Shown in pieces: positions 21,195 to 28,345 of a stretch of DNA of 35,872 nucleotides. Each line of letters opens with the position of its first letter. The first letter of the stretch is position 1. Made by a program: the position numbers and the translations under genes. The notes under the pieces are model-generated. The model searched no databases, was not told the origin of the DNA, and was given only the letters and a program-made list of their open reading frames with translations. Origin of the DNA: a virus; IMG/VR virus record IMGVR_UViG_3300050138_000093, positions 1 to 35,872 of that record; one strand, given 5' to 3'.

Positions 21195-23600
21195 ATGAAA
21201 CAGCTGCGCCCCTATCAACAGGATGTGTTAGATAAGTTAAGGCAAAGATTGAAAGAAACAGACGAGCCGTTATTAGTGAATGCCAGTGTCGGTGCAGGTA
21301 AATCGCTTATCATTGCAGAGCTTTTAATGATAATAGAAAAAGCCGGGTGGCGCGCTCTATGTCTTACAATGAATAGTACGCTGATACGTCAAAATGCCGA
21401 TACCTATATGGCACAGGGTGGGAATGCAGGAATTTATTGTGCCGCTCTTGGTCAAAAAGATACGGGCGAACCGATTATTTTTGCCTCCCCTCTATCAGTA
21501 AGAGGGAGCATTAAAGCGAAAGGCAAGTTTTCAAAAATACCATTTAATTTAATTGTAGTCGATGAGTGCCACAATATTAACTTCGCTGAAAAAGATACCA
21601 CATACATGCGCATCTTTAATCATTACGCCATGTATGCCCAGCAAGAGGGCCACAAAATAAGATTCGTGGGCCTTACAGGCACGCCCTATCGTGGCAAGGG
21701 TCATACTATAGTCGGGACGCATCATTTCTTTAAAGAGGAGGTCTGCGCCATAACAGCGGAGTGGTTGATTAAAGAAAAATACCTAACCAATCCAATATGG
21801 GGCTATTGCGAGCAGACCTTACAATATGATTTTCAATCCTTAAAAGTTAATGCTATGGGGCGTTTTAGCGCGACAGAACTTGACGAGGCAGTTCATAAAA
21901 AACCACGTCTTACCGCTAAAATCATGTCGGAGGTTATAGAGATAGTCAAAGACAGGCGTGGCGCGTTTATATTTGCCAGCAGCGTAAATCACTGCAACGA
22001 GTGCGCGGAATGGTTGCCACCAGAAGAAACGGCAGTTATTACCGGAACCACGCCTGATACTATGCGCGAGCTTTATATAACGCAGGCCCGGGCTGGAATC
22101 ATAAAATACTTGGTTAATGTTAATGTATTATGTACGGGGGTGGACGTGCCCACCTTTGATACAGTAGTATTCGTCCGTCCGACAGAATCACTGGTTCTGT
22201 ATATGCAGTGCTTAGGCCGAGGGCTTAGGCTTGCAGAAAATAAAACGGATTGCTTAATACTGGATTATGCGGGGAATCTTGACCGACACGGGGATATTGA
22301 TAACCCGATTATTAATATCGCGTTGACTCAAAATCGAGATGATAATCCAGATTATTGCATTGAGTGTTTCAGTTGTAATTCAATGAATACAATAAATGCT
22401 CGTCGGTGTATCGGCACAAAGGATGATAAGCGTTGCGATCATTGGTTTGAATGGAAAGATTGCCCAGGCTGTGAAACAAAGAACGATATTGTTTCACGGC
22501 AATGCCGATCATGTCATATTGAGTTAATCGATCCCAATCGTAACCTAAAAGAAAACGCATCAAACAAAGAAAAAATAAGTTTCATGGTGAAAACCACGCA
22601 ATACGGCCTGTCTATTGTTAATGGTTTTCCGCGCTTTGATATTACTTACATGATCGATATGCGCTCAAATCCTACCCGCTATGTTAAAGCTCAGGAAAAC
22701 TTTTTGTTAAGCTCTGAAAAGTCTATTCGATTTTTTTATCATACTATAGCCAAGGCGCATTTCATCCACCCCCATCAAGCGTTTAATAAATTACAAAACA
22801 TCCAATTTTTAAAAAGCGTCATTGAAAACGGGGAGCTGTACTCGCCTAAGCAGATTGATTGTATTGAACAGGATGGTAATCGCTTAAAGGTGGTGGGTAA
22901 GGTATTCGACCATCCTATTGTTGAAGAAAACGAGCGTCAGGTTGAGGTTGTTCATACTTTTTATGAGTGGTGCAAAATAAGAAACACAGTAACCTTTGAG
23001 TACCTTATCAAAGAGGATGATAATTTTGTCATCATAAAAGACAATTATCGAATCAAGACACCCTCCTCATTAAAACGATTCCATAAGCATTACGGATCTG
23101 GGATGGGCAAGGATATTGCGGAAATCTCCACCAATCAAAGCCAGCTTATGTTTCCGACCAAGATATGGGTCGATCATGAAAATAAAATGAAGCGTTTTGT
23201 TGAAGATGCCAAAACATTAACGATATCCCAAAACCATGACAATATTTGCCATAGAACGTATTTAAACCGTGCTTATGAGCAGTGGATTAAAATCGTTAAA
23301 ATAAATACCTTTGGCAGTAGCCAGACTATAACTAATAGAGAAAGACAAAAAGTATCCATACAACGAGTGCAGATTTTCGGGCATTTAATGTATCAGCAAT
23401 CGCCTAACTTCGATCCCTATGATTTGCTGGTCGAGGTTTCATGCAAGATTACAGACCACGATTTGGCGCTGGCATTATCTAAAGACTATACGCACTTTCA
23501 AGTGGTAGCCGATGGGCGTCATGGTGAGGATATAGATGTGTGGCAATCCGTCTCCGGAGACTCATTTAAAAAAGAAAACACTTTTAATTGGTTTGATTAA
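21195..23600 (+). CDS. SF2 (DEAD/DEAH-type) helicase with double zinc-ribbon and a ~330-aa C-terminal region of unknown function
   Basis: Motif I NASVGAGKS, motif II VVDECH, motif III LTGTP, motif VI QCLGRGLR. These are followed by CIECFSCN...RRC and CPGCETKN...CRSC, then a region I cannot assign. Confidence 0.85.
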   Translation: MKQLRPYQQDVLDKLRQRLKETDEPLLVNASVGAGKSLIIAELLMIIEKAGWRALCLTMNSTLIRQNADTYMAQGGNAGIYCAALGQKDTGEPIIFASPLSVRGSIKAKGKFSKIPFNLIVVDECHNINFAEKDTTYMRIFNHYAMYAQQEGHKIRFVGLTGTPYRGKGHTIVGTHHFFKEEVCAITAEWLIKEKYLTNPIWGYCEQTLQYDFQSLKVNAMGRFSATELDEAVHKKPRLTAKIMSEVIEIVKDRRGAFIFASSVNHCNECAEWLPPEETAVITGTTPDTMRELYITQARAGIIKYLVNVNVLCTGVDVPTFDTVVFVRPTESLVLYMQCLGRGLRLAENKTDCLILDYAGNLDRHGDIDNPIINIALTQNRDDNPDYCIECFSCNSMNTINARRCIGTKDDKRCDHWFEWKDCPGCETKNDIVSRQCRSCHIELIDPNRNLKENASNKEKISFMVKTTQYGLSIVNGFPRFDITYMIDMRSNPTRYVKAQENFLLSSEKSIRFFYHTIAKAHFIHPHQAFNKLQNIQFLKSVIENGELYSPKQIDCIEQDGNRLKVVGKVFDHPIVEENERQVEVVHTFYEWCKIRNTVTFEYLIKEDDNFVIIKDNYRIKTPSSLKRFHKHYGSGMGKDIAEISTNQSQLMFPTKIWVDHENKMKRFVEDAKTLTISQNHDNICHRTYLNRAYEQWIKIVKINTFGSSQTITNRERQKVSIQRVQIFGHLMYQQSPNFDPYDLLVEVSCKITDHDLALALSKDYTHFQVVADGRHGEDIDVWQSVSGDSFKKENTFNWFD

Positions 23601-23613
23601 ATAAGGATATACA

Positions 23614-23829
23614 ATGACCAACTACGATAAAAAACGCAAACGTCAAAACGGTCGGCAAGATGATGGAGGTTTGGAAACCAAACACCAACGTGCTTATAGA
23701 CAAGGGTATTTTGACGGTCAATCTGCTTTAATACAAAGATTAACGGATGCTGGGGTATTGCCGCGCTTAGAATTTAAGATGGAATCAAAAACAAAAGAAG
23801 AATTTGCAAAGGACTATCCTAATGAGTGA
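23614..23829 (+). CDS. Hypothetical basic protein (71 aa)
   Basis: ORF with an AAGGA RBS upstream. Confidence 0.5.
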   Translation: MTNYDKKRKRQNGRQDDGGLETKHQRAYRQGYFDGQSALIQRLTDAGVLPRLEFKMESKTKEEFAKDYPNE

Positions 23830-23995
23830 AAAATTTATGTTACAAGTACAAATAAATTATAAAGGCATGTATAGTGCGTTAACGATTGATTTATCCGAAT
23901 ATAAAAATAAAGATCATTACCTCCAAGTAATCAAAGATCATGTCGAAGTAGCAAAACAAGTCATCGATAAACAAACAGCAAAACCTAAAGCCTGA
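23822..23995 (+). CDS. Hypothetical protein (57 aa from MSEKFML)
   Basis: The ATG at 23822 overlaps the previous stop region. The track start at 23804 is less likely. Confidence 0.45.
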   Translation: MSEKFMLQVQINYKGMYSALTIDLSEYKNKDHYLQVIKDHVEVAKQVIDKQTAKPKA

Positions 23996-24076
23996 TTATT
24001 ACAATAATCAGACTTAGTGACGAAATTGTATACAATGACATACAATAGGTACAAGACGGACACGTTTAGTACCTAT
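23992..24076. terminator. Two hairpins in the convergent gap between the replication operon and the end of the late block
   Basis: CTGATTATT/AATAATCAG at 23992-24011. ATAGGTAC/GTACCTAT at 24045-24076 with a 16-nt loop. Neither has a clear U-tract. Confidence 0.4.
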
Positions 24077-24097
24077 GCTGTACTGGTCAAAAACACC

Positions 24098-24505
24098 TCA
24101 ACAAATTGGTCTACCATTGCACAGCTTTTTTGGTACAATCTGGGCGCAATTAGTTTCTGAGCTGCTCAAATAGGTTTTAATTATTTCTTTTGCTGCCTCA
24201 AATCCCCAAACGGCCACCGCAATGTAGCCACGGGAGGTTTTTCGGGCTAAAAACTCTTTTTGTTCGGGTGTAAGTTTTCCCTTTCCAACTTTTAGCTCTA
24301 TCCATAATCCGTGATGACCACCACATGGGAGTGCCAAATGAAAATCTGCAACACCTTTTTTTACTCCCATACGTTTTAACATCCTGCCCTCTTGTACTGA
24401 GCAGCGTCGTTCGTTAGCGAAGTGGTGAAAATCGTCGGATAATTCTGGGTAATGGAAATTAAACCAGTTTACTGTATTAATATGGTCTACACGTTCTGCT
24501 TGCAT
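24098..24505 (-). CDS. VRR-NUC domain nuclease
   Basis: GVADFHLAL...GLWIELKVGKGKLTPEQKEFL...GYIAVAV matches the VRR-NUC D...E-x-K...Q pattern. Confidence 0.75.
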   Translation of the reverse strand: MQAERVDHINTVNWFNFHYPELSDDFHHFANERRCSVQEGRMLKRMGVKKGVADFHLALPCGGHHGLWIELKVGKGKLTPEQKEFLARKTSRGYIAVAVWGFEAAKEIIKTYLSSSETNCAQIVPKKLCNGRPIC

Positions 24506-24508
24506 CGT

Positions 24509-24913
24509 TCATCCTTGTCGAATCATCAGGGCCACATCCTTGGCACGCTGGACTACCTGTTTCGCCCATAAGCTATCGAGTGCCTCCATTGCGGCGACGG
24601 TATAGTTTTTTTGTTCAAGGGCTGTAATCATTTTTTTAAACCCAGACAGCTTGTGAATGCCTAAATTAAAGTTCATATTAATAAGTGCGTTTTTTACATG
24701 AGGGGGTTGTATTAAATACCACGCGCAACCCTCAAGCTCGCTAACCGATTGTTTAAGATCGTTTTGAAACATAAGCTCGGCCTCGTCAAGACGAATGCCG
24801 TTTTCAAGGTTTCTTCCCCAGCCAACGGTTAAGTGGCCTAAGCTATCAATATAGGTTTCAAGAAATAAACCCTCGCATTTTTTGATCCAAGCCTGCGTTT
24901 GGTCATCAGTCAT
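24509..24913 (-). CDS. Endolysin, GH24 (T4-lysozyme-like) muramidase
   Basis: E14, D23 and T29 have the same 9- and 6-residue spacing as T4L E11/D20/T26 (CEGLFLETYIDSLGHLTVGWG). No N-terminal TM or SAR segment. Confidence 0.85.
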   Translation of the reverse strand: MTDDQTQAWIKKCEGLFLETYIDSLGHLTVGWGRNLENGIRLDEAELMFQNDLKQSVSELEGCAWYLIQPPHVKNALINMNFNLGIHKLSGFKKMITALEQKNYTVAAMEALDSLWAKQVVQRAKDVALMIRQG

Positions 24914-24929
24914 CTTTTACAATCCTTGT

Positions 24930-24953
24930 AAAAAAAAGGCCCCGTTAGGGGCC
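24930..24953 (-). terminator. Strong intrinsic terminator between the 284-aa fibre-like gene and the endolysin
   Basis: On the minus strand: GGCCCC-TAAC-GGGGCC followed by T8 (A8 at 24930-24937 on the plus strand). Confidence 0.8.
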
Positions 24954-24962
24954 TAGAGGAGA

Positions 24963-25817
24963 TTAAGCTGGTGTTACAACACGGTATCTTACATACAATG
25001 TTACCGTACTATCGCCTGTCGCAAAATCTGCGGTTTGGTTGGATAAGTACACGGCAGTGTTTAGAGAGGTTGCTTTAGTAACGCTTAATGCGCCTGATAC
25101 CCCACCGTTTGATAAGAACCCGCTTGCAGCAACACCATTTAAGGAGGCAGCCGCTAAAGTACCGGATGCAACAGGGCCTGCGCCGTGAACGGTATTACCG
25201 TATTGAGCTGCAAGCACACCACCTGCGGTATATTGAGTTGTACCGAAGGCTATATCCCAGAGGATGTTGTCGATAATAACAAGCTTTCCAGCGCCCGGTG
25301 CGGCTATCAATTGTACAGGAGTATCATACAATGCTTTAACCTGTGCGGCGGTCAATGTGACGGTTGCAGAGGCCGCTACGTCCAAGGCAAGGTTCGCATA
25401 ATCCACGGCATTGGCGGCAATCTTGGATCCTGTTACAGCGCCTGCGCCAATCGTTAATGCCCCAGTGTTGCTCATAGTCGCATCACCGGATACAGCAACC
25501 CCTGTGGCTACGTTGGAGGCATTACCTACAAACACGAATCCTGAGGATAGAATGTTAGATAGGCCGCCGTTTGCGGCAAGCGCTACGAATGCGTCTGTAG
25601 TGGCATCGTATGTGAAGAACCCGATTTGAGCTGCTGAGTAATAAATCAAGACCAAATCTTCTGGTTCCCATTGCCATACGCCGTTATTTAACAACTCAAC
25701 CTGAACGTCTTGAGATGCAAAATAGCCTGCGGTTGTAATTGTAGCTAAGTTATCGCTGGTGGTTATTCCGACAATATTAGGAAATAGGTTAAATTCCCTT
25801 TTAATAGTTAAAATCAT
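24963..25817 (-). CDS. Tail-fibre-like / receptor-binding-type structural protein (284 aa)
   Basis: Ala/Gly/Thr/Val-rich. Contains GDATMSNTGALTIGAGAVTGSKIAANAV, a repeat style common in fibre shafts. Followed by a strong terminator. Confidence 0.4.
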   Translation of the reverse strand: MILTIKREFNLFPNIVGITTSDNLATITTAGYFASQDVQVELLNNGVWQWEPEDLVLIYYSAAQIGFFTYDATTDAFVALAANGGLSNILSSGFVFVGNASNVATGVAVSGDATMSNTGALTIGAGAVTGSKIAANAVDYANLALDVAASATVTLTAAQVKALYDTPVQLIAAPGAGKLVIIDNILWDIAFGTTQYTAGGVLAAQYGNTVHGAGPVASGTLAAASLNGVAASGFLSNGGVSGALSVTKATSLNTAVYLSNQTADFATGDSTVTLYVRYRVVTPA

Positions 25818-25834
25818 TTCAATCTCCCTATAAT

Positions 25835-26044
25835 TTATTTGGTTTTATGTTTTAGATTTTTACGTCTTATCCTGTCCAAATCATCTACTCCTAAATAGCC
25901 TACACCCTCAGCAGCTGCATCGGTGCGCACGCCATACTTGCCAGAGTCACCAGCGCGATCAATAAGCTCGTCATGACCACGATAGCCCTCTTTTCTGCCC
26001 TCTCGTACTTCTATTGGTTTTCTTGGAACATCATCGTAAGCCAT
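25835..26044 (-). CDS. Hypothetical charged protein (69 aa)
   Basis: ORF in the late block. No motif recognised. Confidence 0.45.
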   Translation of the reverse strand: MAYDDVPRKPIEVREGRKEGYRGHDELIDRAGDSGKYGVRTDAAAEGVGYLGVDDLDRIRRKNLKHKTK

Positions 26045-26058
26045 GACTCGCTCCTTGG

Positions 26059-26172
26059 TTATTTACAATCCTTTTTCATCGGCATTTTTTTCTTTTCCAT
26101 CTTTTTGCCGTCTTTCTTATCCATATTACGGATATTTTTTTCTTCCATCTTTCTTTTTTCTTTAGTAGCCAT
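26059..26172 (-). CDS. Lysine-rich micro-protein (37 aa)
   Basis: The ATG at 26172 has GGAG 8 nt upstream. Sequence: MATKEKRKMEEKNIRNMDKKDGKKMEKKKMPMKKDCK, with 14 Lys in 37 residues. The longer track ORF (from 26262) would overlap the better-supported 58-aa gene. Confidence 0.4.
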   Translation of the reverse strand: MATKEKRKMEEKNIRNMDKKDGKKMEKKKMPMKKDCK

Positions 26173-26176
26173 TATC

Positions 26177-26353
26177 TTACTCCGCTGCAGGTGGGGTCGG
26201 CTCAATCTTGTCTTTAACCCAAGATAAAACCTCGTTAGTGAACGCCTCAACCTCCGCAACAAACGCGGCTTGTAAATCCCCGCTATGCGCTGCGAACTCG
26301 GCCTCCAATGCCTTTAATAACTGATTTTGTATAAATGATGATAAAAGACTCAT
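26177..26353 (-). CDS. Hypothetical helical protein (58 aa), not in the ORF track
   Basis: Hand translation: MSLLSSFIQNQLLKALEAEFAAHSGDLQAAFVAEVEAFTNEVLSWVKDKIEPTPPAAE. ATGA overlap with the upstream 74-aa gene. Confidence 0.45.
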   Translation of the reverse strand: MSLLSSFIQNQLLKALEAEFAAHSGDLQAAFVAEVEAFTNEVLSWVKDKIEPTPPAAE

Positions 26354-26574
26354 CCCTTGCCTCCTCGCTTGCCGCCATCTAACATCCTGTCGGCCTTTGC
26401 ATCAATTTTAGCCTTCGATGATGCTGAAAGCTTCCCTTTGTTCTCCATCTCTGAAGCTCGTGCTTTAGCATTTCTGGCGTGATTTTTATCGGGCATCGGG
26501 TATTTTTTTTCACCCGGCAAGCCAAAATCACTCTTGGGGAGCTTGTCCCTGCTCTTGGTTGTTAGTTTCGACAT
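26350..26574 (-). CDS. Hypothetical basic protein (74 aa)
   Basis: GGAG RBS. The motif LPKSDFGLPGEKKYPMPDKNHARNAKARA recurs in phage proteins, but I cannot name a family with confidence. Confidence 0.5.
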   Translation of the reverse strand: MSKLTTKSRDKLPKSDFGLPGEKKYPMPDKNHARNAKARASEMENKGKLSASSKAKIDAKADRMLDGGKRGGKG

Positions 26575-26797
26575 GTTCCGGCTCCTTGGATTCTACGGGC
26601 GCTGCATCCATTACAGCTTGATTTGCTTTTTGTTCCTCACCAATTAAAAAACCGACCTCATTTAAATGACCTACCACCATATTTAAATGAACCTTGGCTT
26701 GTTCTAATTGCTCGGTTAATCCGGTTACATTTTGTTTTGCACGTTGAAGCTCTTGATTTAAAACACCAGCTCTTTCGCTTAAATATTGAATACTCAT
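26528..26797 (-). CDS. Hypothetical coiled-coil protein (89 aa)
   Basis: Heptad-like N-terminal 50 aa and an acidic tail. Confidence 0.5.
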   Translation of the reverse strand: MSIQYLSERAGVLNQELQRAKQNVTGLTEQLEQAKVHLNMVVGHLNEVGFLIGEEQKANQAVMDAAPVESKEPEHVETNNQEQGQAPQE

Positions 26798-26821
26798 CTA
26801 CTTATATCCTTATCATTAAAA

Positions 26822-27877
26822 TTAAACCACAGTGAACCCTGAGTATTGGGTTTGACCTGCATAACCCCAATTATCCCATCGTACTTGCTTACTATCCACC
26901 ACAATAGTTCCTGATGCAATGTTTGGGCCTGCCGCTAAAAATGCCGTGTAGGGGTTATTTCCTGCGGTAGCACGCACCTTGGCGCTATTGACGCGAACCT
27001 GACCAATATAGCTTGATTGGGAATTTAAATAGATTCCATATTGGGCAATATTAGCATCATTACTATATAACTGTAGGTTGTTAAATTCCATACCCGTAAT
27101 GCCATAACACTGCAGATGCATTCCTGTATTGTTTTCAAAGCATAGGCTATTGGCAAGAATACTCGATCCTAATCCTGCGCCCCCTTCTATATATAGTCCA
27201 CGGTTTTTATTGACCACAAACGCTGAGTTATCAAACTGCAACATTTGACCACGCCAATACATACCGCCACCGACAGCGCCTGCAACCGTTCCGCACGCCT
27301 GAATGGTTGTATCTCTAATTGATATAAATGAGGTTTCATTATTCCCGGGGGCAAGTGTTGATAAAATCCCCCATTGCGAGCAATTTTGAATAATATTATT
27401 TTCAAATATTAAATGATTGCAGGCATCGTTGTCGCCCGGGTTTCCTGTATTAACGATATTAAATCCGTTGGTAAACCCTGATACTATTAACGAGTTGTAT
27501 CGTTGATTATAAAGGGCCTGTGCTTGCACCCCTACGCTTCCTGCCTGTCCATTACCATTTAGGCTCATAAAGGATAATTCGCCCCCCATCATGAATTTTA
27601 AGGGGCTGGGTTGGGTGTATTTAAATAAGATCACATTCGATGCGACGGCTTTGATATTGGTACGCAACATCCCATCACCATAAATATAATTACCCTTATT
27701 AAAAACACTTCCTGAATCAAAGGGCATAATCAGGGATGAGCTAACATTATAAGTACCTTCTGGAATATATAGAGGCTCGTTATCAGTATAAGCATCATCA
27801 ATCGCGGTCTGTAAGGCGGCTGTGTCATCGGCTACTCCGTCTCCAATTGCTCCAACATCTTTTGCATTAATAGTCAT
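26822..27877 (-). CDS. Pectate-lyase-fold (right-handed beta-helix) depolymerase / tailspike-type protein
   Basis: The N-terminal hallmark NAKDVGAIGDGVADDTAALQTAIDDA matches the Pectate_lyase_3-type motif. Repeated N/G-rich beta-helix-like segments follow. Confidence 0.7.
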   Translation of the reverse strand: MTINAKDVGAIGDGVADDTAALQTAIDDAYTDNEPLYIPEGTYNVSSSLIMPFDSGSVFNKGNYIYGDGMLRTNIKAVASNVILFKYTQPSPLKFMMGGELSFMSLNGNGQAGSVGVQAQALYNQRYNSLIVSGFTNGFNIVNTGNPGDNDACNHLIFENNIIQNCSQWGILSTLAPGNNETSFISIRDTTIQACGTVAGAVGGGMYWRGQMLQFDNSAFVVNKNRGLYIEGGAGLGSSILANSLCFENNTGMHLQCYGITGMEFNNLQLYSNDANIAQYGIYLNSQSSYIGQVRVNSAKVRATAGNNPYTAFLAAGPNIASGTIVVDSKQVRWDNWGYAGQTQYSGFTVV

Positions 27878-27886
27878 ATTATCCTC

Positions 27887-28336
27887 TTATTGGGGCCATG
27901 AAATCGTAGGGAGTCCTGCAATCACTGAGTCCACTGTGGGTATGGGTGCACCTGCTTGTACCTCACTTAAAATATTAATAGCGTAGGTAAATACAGAATC
28001 ACGCCACGCAATAAAAGCTGTGGCCTGCGCCTTCCACGTATCATTCGTGCTTAATACATAACTGGCACAGGATACCCCATCATTATATTGTTTTGATTGG
28101 GCTGTTGAGTCAATAATGGCCTGAATCTTGCTTAAACACTGTTGTTGAAGAGTATTTAATAAATAAGTATTTTCATAAGCGCTAGCCTCTGCCAATAAAT
28201 CAGACTCCAATGGTCTGGGTATATTAGGCACATTCCAATAGCCTATTAGGATATCATTATCTGGCTGGCGAAAATTAATATTTCCCGCCTCAACCTGTCC
28301 TGGGTATTTAATAATGCAAATATCAACTAAGTTCAT
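27887..28336 (-). CDS. Putative tail-fibre assembly/chaperone-type protein
   Basis: Immediately downstream of the 746-aa fibre. The C-terminal pattern NDTWKAQATAFIAWRDSVFTY...LPTISWP resembles DUF4376-type fibre assembly proteins, from memory. Confidence 0.4.
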   Translation of the reverse strand: MNLVDICIIKYPGQVEAGNINFRQPDNDILIGYWNVPNIPRPLESDLLAEASAYENTYLLNTLQQQCLSKIQAIIDSTAQSKQYNDGVSCASYVLSTNDTWKAQATAFIAWRDSVFTYAINILSEVQAGAPIPTVDSVIAGLPTISWPQ

Positions 28337-28345
28337 AATAAGTCC

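Noticed and set aside
23992-24076. Classifying the two hairpins in the convergent gap as strong intrinsic terminators
   Set aside because: The stems are AT-rich and lack a following U-tract on either strand. They are reported only as low-confidence terminator or structure candidates.
26059-26262. The full 67-aa track ORF as the real gene
   Set aside because: Its first ~30 codons overlap, in another frame, a 58-aa ORF that is ATGA-coupled to the upstream gene. The internal ATG at 26172 has a proper GGAG RBS right after that ORF's stop.
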